The notes: generated by a model from the letters alone, not told the origin. A stretch of 64,000 bases of DNA from an uncultured Duncaniella sp. (GCF_910578445.1 NZ_CAJTQC010000012.1:5684-69683), one strand, 5' to 3'; positions 20,794 through 31,483 are shown, counted from the stretch's first letter. Program-made: numbers and translations.

Positions 20794-21909
20794 ATGAAAC
20801 TCTACATACACGTCCCCTTCTGCCACTCGAAATGCGCCTATTGCGACTTCTACTCAACACCCCGAAAGGAATGGATGGAAGCTTACACCGACGCGCTCAT
20901 AAATGAATGGCATGTCCGCTCCGAAACTCTTGAAGAGGCTGTCGACACTCTATATTTCGGTGGAGGGACACCGTCGTCGCTACCACCTCAGCTGTTCAAG
21001 CGAATAATCGACGCACTCGACCTTGACCCACGGCTACTCCGTGAGGCAACAGTCGAGGCTAACCCGGAGGACGTGAGTGCGGATTGGGTGAGGTTTATCG
21101 TCAATGAGACACCTTTGCGACGTGTCAGCATGGGAATCCAGTCGTTTGACGACTCGGAACTGCATACTGTAGGCCGACGGCACACCGCCTCCCGTGCCAT
21201 CGAAGCAGTCGAGACCCTGCGCGCTGAAGGAATCGCCAATATCAGCTGCGACCTCATCTATGGATTGCCCGGACAGGACATGAAGTCGTGGGAACGGTCG
21301 CTTTCAACGCTAACCGGTCTCAGGCCCGAACACATCTCGGCCTATCTGCTGTCATATGAACCCGGCACGCGCCTTTCGGTCATGCTTGACCAAGGCAAAA
21401 TCACGGAAACGCCCGACGAAGTCGTCGAAACAATGTATGCACTTCTATGCGAAGCCACAGCAAAGGAGGGTTACCGCCACTATGAAATCTCAAATTTCGC
21501 CCTGCCGGGAAAGGAAGCAATCCACAACTCGTCATACTGGGACGGTTCGCCATACATAGGGCTCGGGCCGGGTGCGCATTCTTGGGACGGCACAAAGCGG
21601 TCGGCAAATCCATGCAATCTCAAAAAATATATCGACGGAAACGGCTCAGGCGTAAACGAGACGGAAGATGAAACGGTTGAAAATCTGTTCAACGACATGC
21701 TCATCACCCGTCTGCGGACAGCGCGCGGAATCAGCCTCGATGAAATCAGCGGAAAGTTCGGCTTGAAAATGGCCGAATCGTTCCAAAAAGAATCCTCGCC
21801 AATGGTGGAAGACGGACGGCTGATTCTCACTCCCGACAACCGATATGTAATCCCTGAAAGCCAATGGCTGACATCAAACTCCATTTTGCTCGAACTCATC
21901 AAAGTTTAA
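20794..21909 (+). CDS. hemW: Radical SAM heme chaperone
   Basis: LYIHVPFCHSKCAYCDF, GGGTPS, YEISNF, HNSSYW (HemW HNxxYW). Confidence 0.9.
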   Translation: MKLYIHVPFCHSKCAYCDFYSTPRKEWMEAYTDALINEWHVRSETLEEAVDTLYFGGGTPSSLPPQLFKRIIDALDLDPRLLREATVEANPEDVSADWVRFIVNETPLRRVSMGIQSFDDSELHTVGRRHTASRAIEAVETLRAEGIANISCDLIYGLPGQDMKSWERSLSTLTGLRPEHISAYLLSYEPGTRLSVMLDQGKITETPDEVVETMYALLCEATAKEGYRHYEISNFALPGKEAIHNSSYWDGSPYIGLGPGAHSWDGTKRSANPCNLKKYIDGNGSGVNETEDETVENLFNDMLITRLRTARGISLDEISGKFGLKMAESFQKESSPMVEDGRLILTPDNRYVIPESQWLTSNSILLELIKV

Positions 21910-21911
21910 AA

Positions 21912-21943
21912 CAACCTGTTCATAACTCAACCTGTTCATAACT
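21912..21943. repeat. 16-bp perfect tandem duplication
   Basis: CAACCTGTTCATAACT x2. Confidence 0.9.
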
Positions 21944-21965
21944 AAAAATCAGATACCTCACGACC

Positions 21966-22730
21966 ATGAAACGATTCAAACTGTTACTACCGGCTGTCAT
22001 TGGCAGCGCCATTTTTATACAAGCCTCCGAACCGACACTCATCGGCCGACGCGGTTGCGGATATGCCATAGAGAACACAGCCGAAGCCTACAGAGAAGGC
22101 GCACGGCGTGGCTTCAGGATGATGGAAGCACATGTGCGCGCAACAGCCGACTCGGTGTTTGTCACATCACACGACGGCAAGACCGACCGTCTGGGAGGAA
22201 AAATGAAAATTGCGAACTCGACAATAGCCGAACTTCGCACCGAACGCTACACACAGACACGCGACAGCGCCACCTATGAAGGGTCGGGAATATGCACTGT
22301 CGGTGAATTTCTCGACATCTGCAAAGAAAACGGAGTCGCACCATTGCTCCATCTGAAAACATTTTCAAAGGACACGAAAGATTGCGGACATCTTTCACCT
22401 CTCGCAAGGCTTATCACAGAGAAAGGTGTTGCCGACAAATGCGTCATACTCACCTCCGAACCGGACTATATCGACTATCTGAGAGCCAACCATCCGGAAA
22501 TCAGACTCCAGTTTCAGGCCGATGCAAAGTGGCAGGAGCGTTTCGAATGGTCGTGCTCACGCAAACTCGACGTGCAGATACGCGCCGACCTCGTCGATGC
22601 CGACTGTGTGAAACGCTACCATGACGCAGGCGTAAAAGTCAACGTGTGGACAGTCAACACACCTGAGGAATATACGAGACTCAAAAACTGCGGAGTCGAC
22701 TATATGGTGACGGACTATATCGTGCCATAG
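21966..22730 (+). CDS. Secreted glycerophosphodiester phosphodiesterase-fold protein with an atypical active site
   Basis: Signal-like N-terminus; ENT, HD, VWTVN, GVD...TD GDPD motifs; HRG replaced by RRG. Confidence 0.8.
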   Translation: MKRFKLLLPAVIGSAIFIQASEPTLIGRRGCGYAIENTAEAYREGARRGFRMMEAHVRATADSVFVTSHDGKTDRLGGKMKIANSTIAELRTERYTQTRDSATYEGSGICTVGEFLDICKENGVAPLLHLKTFSKDTKDCGHLSPLARLITEKGVADKCVILTSEPDYIDYLRANHPEIRLQFQADAKWQERFEWSCSRKLDVQIRADLVDADCVKRYHDAGVKVNVWTVNTPEEYTRLKNCGVDYMVTDYIVP

Positions 22731-22875
22731 CGGTCAAATGTGTCATTTCCACGCTGTTTTTAACATAGGGGCAAGAAAATTGCAAGCATTTTAACCGTGA
22801 TGTGGCTCGGGGTTCGTGGAAATTGCGTAAATTTGCATCCGCTAATTTACGGCTAATCAAATTTGTGTACCGGCT

Positions 22876-23685
22876 ATGCTTGACATGCTTAAATTTTCAC
22901 GAAAACCTTACAAGGTAGGTCTCGTCCTCAGCGGAGGGGGAGCACGTGGGTTCGCACATGCAGGGGCATTGCTCGCACTTGAGGAAGTAGGCATCAAACC
23001 CGACATAATCGCCGGTGTCAGCGCAGGCTCAGTCGTGACAGCAATGTATGCCTCGGGAATCGCCCCGGAAGAAATTGTGACCGCATTCAGCAATATGTCT
23101 TTCGGAAACCTTGCGGAACTTGGAGTGCCACGCGACGGATTTTTCTCAATGGACGGCTTCAAGAAATTCCTTAAGAAGCAGATTAAATATGAACGCATCG
23201 AGGATCTTCCGATTCCGGCACTCATCTGCGCGACCGACCTCGACAACAACAAGCCTGTGGCATTCTCGGAAGGCAGTATCGTTGACTGCGTAGCAGCATC
23301 GTGCAGCATACCCATCGTGTTCAAGCCAGTGAGAATCAACGGAGTGACCTATGTCGACGGCGGTGTGCTCGCCAACCTTCCGGCGTGGGCGCTCAGAGAC
23401 AGCTGCAAATATGTCATCGGCATCAACTGCAGTCCCGTCCCCCGCAGAGGCAAGCCCAAATCAATCATGGACATTGCCCACCGGACATATGACCTTCTCG
23501 TAAAAAACAACTCGCAATCGCAGATGGAACTCTGCGACCTTGCCATCAGCATTGACGATGTCGCATCCTATAAGGTGTTCAACCTCAAAGAAATCCGGCG
23601 TGTGTTCCGCTCGGGTTACGACAACACTCTATCAGCGTTGCTTGATGCAGGCTTCACTTATCGAGGCCCTGTCAGAAAGAAATAG
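22876..23685 (+). CDS. Patatin-like phospholipase
   Basis: GGGARG, GVSAG, DGG motifs. Confidence 0.9.
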   Translation: MLDMLKFSRKPYKVGLVLSGGGARGFAHAGALLALEEVGIKPDIIAGVSAGSVVTAMYASGIAPEEIVTAFSNMSFGNLAELGVPRDGFFSMDGFKKFLKKQIKYERIEDLPIPALICATDLDNNKPVAFSEGSIVDCVAASCSIPIVFKPVRINGVTYVDGGVLANLPAWALRDSCKYVIGINCSPVPRRGKPKSIMDIAHRTYDLLVKNNSQSQMELCDLAISIDDVASYKVFNLKEIRRVFRSGYDNTLSALLDAGFTYRGPVRKK

Positions 23686-23734
23686 GAACATTTGATTATC
23701 AACACACAGCAGCAATATACAGTAAAGAAATATA

Positions 23735-25447
23735 ATGGATCAGAAACCAGTCATCTATCAGCTTTTACCACGTCTCTTCACAAATACAAACACTCATTGT
23801 GTGCCCAACGGCACTTATTCACAGAACGGTTCGGGCAAAATGAACCATATCACCGATGCCATTCTATCCGGAATCAAGGAACTTGGGGTGACCCACGTAT
23901 GGTATACCGGAATAATCGAACATGCTACCAAAACCGACTATAGCCGGTATGGCATCAAACCCGATAACCCTTATGTGGTCAAAGGTCAGGCCGGTTCGCC
24001 TTATGCAATAAAAGACTATTATGACATCGACCCTGACCTTGCGGAAAATGTCGAAGACCGTATGGGCGAATTCGAGGCACTCGTCGCCCGCACCCATGAC
24101 GCTGGTCTCGAGGTTATAATCGATTTCGTGCCCAACCACACAGCACGCTGCTACAACAGCGACGCCAAACCCGCCGGTGTAAAGGATTTCGGGGAAGATG
24201 ACAACACTGAAATGTTTTTCAGCCCCAATAACAACTATTACTATATGACCCGCCAGCTTTTTGCCCCGTCAATCGACCTCGGCACAGGCAAGAAAGCCTA
24301 CATCGAATTTCCGGCAAAAGCTACGGGCGATGACTGTTTCTCGGCATTTCCGTCAGTCAACAACTGGTATGAGACAGCGAAACTCAACTACGGACGCGAT
24401 CCGGGCAACTGGAGCACTCACTATCAGCCGATTCCTGACACATGGATGAAGATGCTCAACATACTTCGGTTCTGGGCATCGAAAGGCGTGGATGCATTCA
24501 GATGTGACATGGCCCACATGATTCCTCTCGAATTCTGGCAGTGGGTTATCCCAAATGTCAAGGACCGCTATCCGAGAATCAAATTCATAGCCGAGCTCTA
24601 TGACGTCAAAATCTACCGCGACTTCATTGAAAAGGGAGGCTTCGACTATCTCTATGACAAAGTGAACCTCTACGACACACTGCGCGGCATACAGTGTTCA
24701 AACTTCTCGGCTGCGACAATCACCAACTGCTGGCAGACAGTCGAGGGAATCTCCGCACACATGCTTAACTTCCTTGAGAATCACGACGAACAGCGCTTCG
24801 GTTCGAAATTCTATGCCAGAGATCCAGCAAAAGTTATCCCGTCGCTCGTCATCAGCTCGATGATATCAACCGGTCCGATGATGATATATGCAGGACAGGA
24901 ACTCGGCGAACAGGCGACCGACACGGAAGGATTCAGCGGTTATGACGGACGCACGACAATATTTGACTACTGGAGTGTGGCAACCCTGCGCCGATGGTAC
25001 AACCACGGCAATCCTGACGGATCGCAGCTCACTCCCCGCGAACGCTGGCTGAGAGCCAAATACTGCACTATCCTCGGACTCTGCAACCGTGAACGTGCAA
25101 TCTCCAACGGCCGTTTCTTCGACCTCATGTATGTCAACTATCAAAATCCGACGCTCAATCCCCACCGCCAGTATGCGTTTATCCGTTCATATGACGGCGA
25201 AACGCTCATCATCGCGGTGAATTTCGCGGCTGATTCTTGTGACCTCGCAATCAATATTCCTCGCCATGCGTTCGACATGCTCAACATCCCCGAAGGAGAG
25301 GTGTTCGCCACCGAACTCATCACACGCCAGCAGGACATCAAGGAGCTACGTGCGACAAAGCCGTTCAGAACAATGATTCCTCCCCACGATGCCGTGGTCT
25401 GGAAAATCAGACACCGTCAGGTGAAGCGCATTCCGAGCCGTTCATAA
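23735..25447 (+). CDS. GH13 alpha-amylase family glycosidase (cytoplasmic)
   Basis: DFVPNH, FRCDMAH, IAELY, LENHDE catalytic regions; no signal peptide. Confidence 0.9.
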   Translation: MDQKPVIYQLLPRLFTNTNTHCVPNGTYSQNGSGKMNHITDAILSGIKELGVTHVWYTGIIEHATKTDYSRYGIKPDNPYVVKGQAGSPYAIKDYYDIDPDLAENVEDRMGEFEALVARTHDAGLEVIIDFVPNHTARCYNSDAKPAGVKDFGEDDNTEMFFSPNNNYYYMTRQLFAPSIDLGTGKKAYIEFPAKATGDDCFSAFPSVNNWYETAKLNYGRDPGNWSTHYQPIPDTWMKMLNILRFWASKGVDAFRCDMAHMIPLEFWQWVIPNVKDRYPRIKFIAELYDVKIYRDFIEKGGFDYLYDKVNLYDTLRGIQCSNFSAATITNCWQTVEGISAHMLNFLENHDEQRFGSKFYARDPAKVIPSLVISSMISTGPMMIYAGQELGEQATDTEGFSGYDGRTTIFDYWSVATLRRWYNHGNPDGSQLTPRERWLRAKYCTILGLCNRERAISNGRFFDLMYVNYQNPTLNPHRQYAFIRSYDGETLIIAVNFAADSCDLAINIPRHAFDMLNIPEGEVFATELITRQQDIKELRATKPFRTMIPPHDAVVWKIRHRQVKRIPSRS

Positions 25448-25502
25448 GAACTTTATCAACGAAAATTCCGCTCCATTTTCATCCCTGAGCGACTAAAAAA
25501 GC

Positions 25503-25538
25503 AACGGTCCGCATGTCTACCGAGACATGCGGACCGTT
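25503..25538. terminator. Bidirectional intrinsic terminator
   Basis: 16-bp perfect inverted repeat AACGGTCCGCATGTCT/AGACATGCGGACCGTT with flanking A and T tracts between convergent genes. Confidence 0.85.
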
Positions 25539-25589
25539 TGGTTTTTATCATTGTGTCACGCGTCCTTTAAAAGACGCATGTCGTCAGCA

Positions 25590-27617
25590 TCACTTGCTGT
25601 TGGCAGGAAGAGTGCGATACTGCTCAGAGTAGCGGAGCACCTGAGGCAGATAGTCCTCCTCGTAGGTAATATTTACATCAGTTATATTTCCATCCTTGTC
25701 GGTCACAGGAGTGTAGACAGGGTTGACAAATCCCTTGTAGGGGGCGATGTTGAGAGTAGCATAGCGGTCAAGCACCTCTTTGTGGAGCTGGGGATCAACC
25801 TTTACAGCATAAGTCTCGACAAGATCGCGTCCGGCCTGATAGTCGCCTTCGCTCTTGATTCGCTGCACTTCGGCAAGGAGCTGTCCGAAAAGATCGCGGA
25901 GTTTGGCGTAATCATTAATCTTGATGTAGGTCTTGCCGTCGCGCTTCACCATTTCAATTACATTGTCTGCTTTACCCTTTTCATAAACCCATGCAGAAAT
26001 AAGCTGGCGGTTACGCATGTGGGCTTCCTCGACATCCTTACCCGGCTCGATGCGCATGAGCTGAGTCATGAGACCGTTGAGGATGAACTTATAGTATTCA
26101 GCCTTGTAGGCATCAGGATTGTCAAGCAGACCAAGTTCGAGGAGCTTAGGATCGGCGAGATAGTAGAGGGCAAAGAGGTCGGCACGAGCTTCTTCGAGAG
26201 TCGAACCGTGGGCCTTGAGCGCATCGGGGTCTACACCGGGGAGCAGACGGCCGGAGGCATGACCAAGACATTCGTGAAGGTCGGTGTGAAGATTGTCGGT
26301 GATGAAGAGATACTTGTCCATGAGATCAGAGGTCTCCTTATCGATGACAAACTCTTCGTTGAAACCGTTGCCGTGAGAAGCCTCGTCGTAGGCCTGAGTG
26401 ATGTTTTCAAGTGTAACCGATTTCGAACCGTGGGCAGCACGAATCCAGTTGGCATTGGGAAGATTGATGCCGATAGGAGTGGCAGGATATGCGTCGCCGG
26501 CAAGGATTGCAGCCGTGATGACCTTGGCGGTCACACCTTTCACCTTGTCTTTGCGGAAACGCGGATCGACAGGCGAGTTCTGCTCGAACCATTCGGCATT
26601 ACCCGAGATAAGCTCTGTGCGGTGAGAAGCCTCTTCATTCTTAAAGTTGACAATCGATTCAAAAGCACCGGTCATGCCAAGGGGGTCACCGTAGCTCTCG
26701 ATGAAGCCGTTGATGAAATCGACTCTCGATGCGGTGTCCTCAACCCAAGCAATCGAATAATCGTCGAATGCCTTGAGGTTACCTGTGGTGTAGAATTCGA
26801 TAAGCTTGTTGATGACACCACGCTGCGTGTCATTCTCGGCATATTGCGCTGCCTTTCCGAGAAGATCGACAATGCGGGTGATGGCTTCGGAATACAGACC
26901 GCCTACCTTGTAGGTCTGCTCGACAACTTTGCCGTTTTCCTTGATGACACGGGTGTTCAGACCCCATGACACGGGAGTGGCGTCAGTTGTGTCCTTGAGA
27001 GCATTATAAAACTTCTCGACCTCGGCCTGAGTCACGCCGTCATAGAGATTGTTGGCAGATGTAGCGATCAGGTCCTGACCTTCGGCCTGATTCACACGCT
27101 TAGCCATTACGTTAGGATTGAAAATCACCTCATAGAGCGTGTCGATGTTTTCAGGTTGCTTGTCGGCGGGAAGCTTTGCAACATTCTCAGCAAGGAACTC
27201 GCGAGAGAACGCAGGTGTAAACTTGTCCATCGAGTAGTGGTGGTGGATACCGTTGGCAAACTCAATCTGTTTGAGATAAGTTTCAAGCGCCTTGAAATCC
27301 TTGCTGTCACGGTCGCCGTCATAAGACTTGTAGACATTCTCGATAAGGTCGCGTATCGCAAGATTGTATTTGCCGTTCTGATCCCAGAGCATATCACGGC
27401 CAGTGAGGGCTGCTTCGGTCAGATAGTAGATGAGTATGCGCTGCTGAGGAGTCAGATTCTCAAAATCAGGCACTTTATAACGAAGCACTTCAATGTCGGC
27501 AAAACGATCGACTGTATAGTCAAAATCGTCAGCCTTGACTTGGTCGGTTGCTTTTGACGCACACGACGTTATGGCTAATGCTGCCATAGCGGGAAAAATG
27601 AATTTGGTTAGTGACAC
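25590..27617 (-). CDS. Dipeptidyl-peptidase III (M49) lipoprotein
   Basis: HECLGH and EEARAD motifs, IGINLPN; lipobox ITSC; GTG start. Confidence 0.92.
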   Translation of the reverse strand: MSLTKFIFPAMAALAITSCASKATDQVKADDFDYTVDRFADIEVLRYKVPDFENLTPQQRILIYYLTEAALTGRDMLWDQNGKYNLAIRDLIENVYKSYDGDRDSKDFKALETYLKQIEFANGIHHHYSMDKFTPAFSREFLAENVAKLPADKQPENIDTLYEVIFNPNVMAKRVNQAEGQDLIATSANNLYDGVTQAEVEKFYNALKDTTDATPVSWGLNTRVIKENGKVVEQTYKVGGLYSEAITRIVDLLGKAAQYAENDTQRGVINKLIEFYTTGNLKAFDDYSIAWVEDTASRVDFINGFIESYGDPLGMTGAFESIVNFKNEEASHRTELISGNAEWFEQNSPVDPRFRKDKVKGVTAKVITAAILAGDAYPATPIGINLPNANWIRAAHGSKSVTLENITQAYDEASHGNGFNEEFVIDKETSDLMDKYLFITDNLHTDLHECLGHASGRLLPGVDPDALKAHGSTLEEARADLFALYYLADPKLLELGLLDNPDAYKAEYYKFILNGLMTQLMRIEPGKDVEEAHMRNRQLISAWVYEKGKADNVIEMVKRDGKTYIKINDYAKLRDLFGQLLAEVQRIKSEGDYQAGRDLVETYAVKVDPQLHKEVLDRYATLNIAPYKGFVNPVYTPVTDKDGNITDVNITYEEDYLPQVLRYSEQYRTLPANSK

Positions 27618-27620
27618 GTG

Positions 27621-27669
27621 TATTAAGTATTAAGGATGAAGTATTAAATATTAAGTGTTAAGGAGGAAG
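27621..27669. repeat. Degenerate heptamer tandem repeat (7 units)
   Basis: TATTAAG TATTAAG GATGAAG TATTAAA TATTAAG TGTTAAG GAGGAAG. Confidence 0.7.
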
Positions 27670-27686
27670 TTACTACACACTTGTAT

Positions 27687-28877
27687 TTATTCTACGTAGA
27701 GGACGAGGCCTTTGAGATATTCGCCTTCCGGATGATAGATGTTGACGGGATGGTCGGCCGGCTGGGTGAGCTGATGGAGAATGCGCACCCTGCGACCCGA
27801 CATGGCAGCTGCGGTGAAGACGGCAAGACGGAACTGCTCCTTGCTGATGGCCTGCGAGCAGGAGAATGTGAAAAGAATTCCACCGGGCGCAATCTTCTCG
27901 AAAGCAGCAGCATTCAGACGGCGATAGCCGATCATCGCATTGCGTATTGCGCTGCGGTGTTTGGCAAACGCCGGGGGGTCGAGGACAATCAGGTCATATG
28001 CCCCCTTTTCCATACGGCCAAGGAACTTGAAAGCATCCTCGGCATATGACTTATGACGTTCGTCGCCCGGGAAGTTCAACTCTATATTGGCATCCGTAAG
28101 TGTGATTGCCTTAGCTGATGAATCGACCGAATGGACGAGTTCAGCACCTCCACGCATGGCATAGACAGAAAATCCGCCAGTGTAGCAGAACATGTTGAGC
28201 ACCTTTGCCCCCTCGCTGTATTTCTGAAGGAGCGAACGGTTGTCGCGCTGATCCACGAAAAATCCGGTCTTCTGCCCCTTAAGCCAGTCGATGTTGAACT
28301 TAAGACCGTTTTCAACCGCGATATTCGTATCAAAGCCACCTATTATATAATCATTGACAGGATCAAGGCGCGCTTTGAAAGGCAGTGTGGTCTCAGACTT
28401 GTAATACACATTCCTGATGCCGGCGTCGGGCAAACGGGTAAGCTCACGGGCGATAATGTCGCGTGCGAAGTGCATGCCCGGGCTATGAGCCTGAAGCACA
28501 GCTGTATTTCCATAAATATCCACAACGCATCCCGGAAGGAAATCACCTTCGCCATGAACAAGGCGGAAAGTCGAATTGTCGGGGCGTATGAGACCGAGTT
28601 TCCTGCGCAGTTCCCATGCCTGCGACAAACGTTCGGCATAGAACGACGAATCAATCATCCGCTCTGAAGAATCGAGCATACGGACGGCTATCGAACCTAT
28701 CTCATAGTGACCTACACCGAGTGAACGGCCGTCGGCTGCTTCGACACGCACAGTCTCGCCCTCTTCAAGTCCTTCGGGGAGGTGTGAAATCGCACCGGAA
28801 AATACCCACGGGTGGAAACGCAGGAGCGACTCCTCTTTTCCACGTTTGAGTGTGATGGTTTTAAGTTGTGATGACAT
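27687..28877 (-). CDS. rlmI: 23S rRNA m5C1962-type SAM methyltransferase
   Basis: PUA domain HPWVFSGAI, GQKTGFFVDQRDNR, LDPPAF, FSCS, YLK. Confidence 0.85.
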   Translation of the reverse strand: MSSQLKTITLKRGKEESLLRFHPWVFSGAISHLPEGLEEGETVRVEAADGRSLGVGHYEIGSIAVRMLDSSERMIDSSFYAERLSQAWELRRKLGLIRPDNSTFRLVHGEGDFLPGCVVDIYGNTAVLQAHSPGMHFARDIIARELTRLPDAGIRNVYYKSETTLPFKARLDPVNDYIIGGFDTNIAVENGLKFNIDWLKGQKTGFFVDQRDNRSLLQKYSEGAKVLNMFCYTGGFSVYAMRGGAELVHSVDSSAKAITLTDANIELNFPGDERHKSYAEDAFKFLGRMEKGAYDLIVLDPPAFAKHRSAIRNAMIGYRRLNAAAFEKIAPGGILFTFSCSQAISKEQFRLAVFTAAAMSGRRVRILHQLTQPADHPVNIYHPEGEYLKGLVLYVE

Positions 28878-28901
28878 ATATCAATACAGTAATTTGCTGT
28901 G

Positions 28902-30257
28902 TTATTTAAAGAATGCCCGGAAGATGTCGTTGCCGTTGGCATAAAGCAGGAGCAGGAGCAGGAACGCCATGCCGACATACTGCGCGGCAATGAGGACTTT
29001 TTCGGGAGCTTGCTTGCCGGTGATGATTTCCCAAAGGAGGAACATCACGTGTCCACCGTCGAGTCCCGGAATGGGAATAATATTCATGAACGCGAGAGCG
29101 ACCGAGAGGAAAGCGGTGATTTCCCAGAAGCTTAGCCAGTTCCATCGTTCAGGGAACATGTTGCCGATCGCACCGAATCCACCAATGCTCTCAGCACCTT
29201 CCTGCGAGAAGACATGACGCATCGAACTTACATAATTCGAAAGTGTGCTCGTACCGATTTCCCACCCCTTGGGGAATGACTCAAAGAAGTTGTAGCTGAT
29301 GGTGACAGGCTCGTAGACAGCGGTCAGCGGACGGAGCTGGAAACCGAGTTTGCCATGGGAATTGGGCGTCATTTCAATCTTCAGAGTCTTTCCGTCGCGC
29401 TCAACCGTGACAGGGACTTTTTTGTCGGCATAGCTGCGGAGTGCCGCAGTCAGCTCTGAATATGACGGAGTCGGGATGGTGTCGACCGCAATGATATGGT
29501 CGCCCTCTTTCAATCCTGCCTTGGCCGCAGCCTCGCCGGGCACGATACGATCGATGTAGACAGGCAGACGGTAGGCAAGGAAACCTTTGTCGTCGTTCAG
29601 ACGGAACAGGAAATCATCGGGAATGGCGATGTTGACCGTGTCCTTGTGGTTGCGGATGACAGTGACCACCTTCGCATCGGCCATCTTATAAGGATAGTCA
29701 CCCTTCGAAGCGTCAAGCAGCTCTCCATCGGCCATGTAAGGGATGTCGCCGTTACGGAAACCCACCTTCTGGGCTGCCGGTGTGAAGTCGAAGCCCTCGG
29801 TTGCAGCATCAAACGGGATGTATTGCGAACCCCAGAGCATCGCTATGCCGGCATAGATAAGAATCGCAAGAATGAAGTTGAACATCACGCCGCCGAGCAT
29901 GACGAGCAGACGCTGCCAGGCCGGTTTCGTGCGGAACTCCCACGGTTTTGGTTCTTGTTTCATCTGCTCGGTATCCATCGACTCGTCAATCATACCGGCA
30001 ATCTTGCAATATCCGCCGAGCGGAAGCCAGCCTATGCCATATTCGGTGTCGCGCCACGAACTTTTATTCGGGTCAGCACCGGGTTTTGGCTTCGGTTTCC
30101 ATTTGAAGAGTGAGAAATAAGGGTCGAAGAACATGTAGAACTTCTCGACCTTTATTCCGAATATGCGTGAGAATATGAAATGACCGAATTCATGTATGAT
30201 TACAAGAAAGGCCAGAGCGACAATAAGCTGTAACGCTTTTATGAGAAATGTTTCCAT
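28902..30257 (-). CDS. rseP: RIP metalloprotease
   Basis: HEFGH, PLGGY, PDZ domain, NIIPIPGLDGGH; downstream of dxr. Confidence 0.93.
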   Translation of the reverse strand: METFLIKALQLIVALAFLVIIHEFGHFIFSRIFGIKVEKFYMFFDPYFSLFKWKPKPKPGADPNKSSWRDTEYGIGWLPLGGYCKIAGMIDESMDTEQMKQEPKPWEFRTKPAWQRLLVMLGGVMFNFILAILIYAGIAMLWGSQYIPFDAATEGFDFTPAAQKVGFRNGDIPYMADGELLDASKGDYPYKMADAKVVTVIRNHKDTVNIAIPDDFLFRLNDDKGFLAYRLPVYIDRIVPGEAAAKAGLKEGDHIIAVDTIPTPSYSELTAALRSYADKKVPVTVERDGKTLKIEMTPNSHGKLGFQLRPLTAVYEPVTISYNFFESFPKGWEIGTSTLSNYVSSMRHVFSQEGAESIGGFGAIGNMFPERWNWLSFWEITAFLSVALAFMNIIPIPGLDGGHVMFLLWEIITGKQAPEKVLIAAQYVGMAFLLLLLLYANGNDIFRAFFK

Positions 30258-30313
30258 TAAAATTTAAATCAGATGTATGTTTTAACTTTGTGCGTGTCCC
30301 GCGTCTGTCACGG

Positions 30314-31483
30314 TCAGCGCAGAGGAATCTTGCAGCCTGTGAGTTCCTCGGCAAAAGTGATGGCAGCCCTGTGGGTCTCCACATAGTCATCAAGCGTCGG
30401 CGACTGAATGAATGGAATCGCATCGAGAGTGCGCGTGATAGTGCCGTATATTTCCGGGAACGATATTTTTTCATCGAGGAAAGCGCGCACGGCCACTTCG
30501 TTGGCCGCGTTGATGATACATGCGGCGTTGCCTCCGCGATTGAGCGCATAGGGAGCGAGGGTCAGACAGGGGAATTTTTCAGGGTCGGGCTTCTCGAAAG
30601 TGAGTTGCGCGTAGTCAGTGAGCGAGAGCGGACGCTCCGACGACGGGAGACGCGTAGCATCGCCAAGCGCATAGCGTATGGGCAGACGCATGTCGGGGAT
30701 TCCGAGCTGTGCTTTCACTGCTCCGTCGATAAACTCGACCATTGAGTGGACGATTGACTGAGGATGGACAACGGCCTCAATCCTGTCGGGCTTCACATCA
30801 AAAAGCCAGCGGGCCTCGATGATTTCGAAAGCCTTGTTGAGCATAGTAGCCGAATCAATGGTGATTTTAGCTCCCATGTTCCAGCGCGGATGACGCAGAG
30901 CCTGCGAAGGGGTGACACCTTCAATCTGTTCGCGTGAGAACGACCTGAACGGACCTCCGGAGGCAGTGATGATAAGTTTTTCGACAGTCGCCGGATCTTC
31001 ACCCACCAGACACTGGTAGATGGCCGAATGTTCGGAATCGACCGGAATCACCCTGACAGGCGATTCACGGAGAAGGCTTGTGATCAGCTCGCCGGCCACC
31101 ACGAGAGTCTCCTTGTTGGCGAGTGCAATCTGCTTACCCGCACGAATCGCACGGACAGTCGGAAGCAAACCGCTGTAGCCGACAGTCGCAGTGACCACCG
31201 TATCGAAATCAGGACGCTCCATCGCGTCAGCCATAGCTGCGCTGCCGGCTGCTGTCTCGATGCCAAGAGGAGAAAGAGCCTCGCGCAGACGGGCATATTT
31301 TGATTCGTCGGCGATTATAGCCAGAGAGGGACGGAATTTGACAGCCTGTTCGATAAGCTGCTCTACATTAGAACCGGCGGCAAGCACGGTAGCCTTGAAG
31401 CGCTCAGGGAAGCGCGAAATCACATCAAGAGTCTGCGTTCCTATCGACCCCGTCGAGCCGAGGATTGCTATGTTATGTGGCAT
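30314..31483 (-). CDS. dxr: 1-deoxy-D-xylulose-5-phosphate reductoisomerase
   Basis: LGSTGSIG, LANKE, PVDSEHSA, MGAKITIDSAT, NAANE. Confidence 0.97.
   Translation of the reverse strand: MPHNIAILGSTGSIGTQTLDVISRFPERFKATVLAAGSNVEQLIEQAVKFRPSLAIIADESKYARLREALSPLGIETAAGSAAMADAMERPDFDTVVTATVGYSGLLPTVRAIRAGKQIALANKETLVVAGELITSLLRESPVRVIPVDSEHSAIYQCLVGEDPATVEKLIITASGGPFRSFSREQIEGVTPSQALRHPRWNMGAKITIDSATMLNKAFEIIEARWLFDVKPDRIEAVVHPQSIVHSMVEFIDGAVKAQLGIPDMRLPIRYALGDATRLPSSERPLSLTDYAQLTFEKPDPEKFPCLTLAPYALNRGGNAACIINAANEVAVRAFLDEKISFPEIYGTITRTLDAIPFIQSPTLDDYVETHRAAITFAEELTGCKIPLR

Noticed and set aside
25527..26969. 480-aa plus-strand ORF
   Set aside because: Antisense shadow of the DPP III gene caused by codon bias
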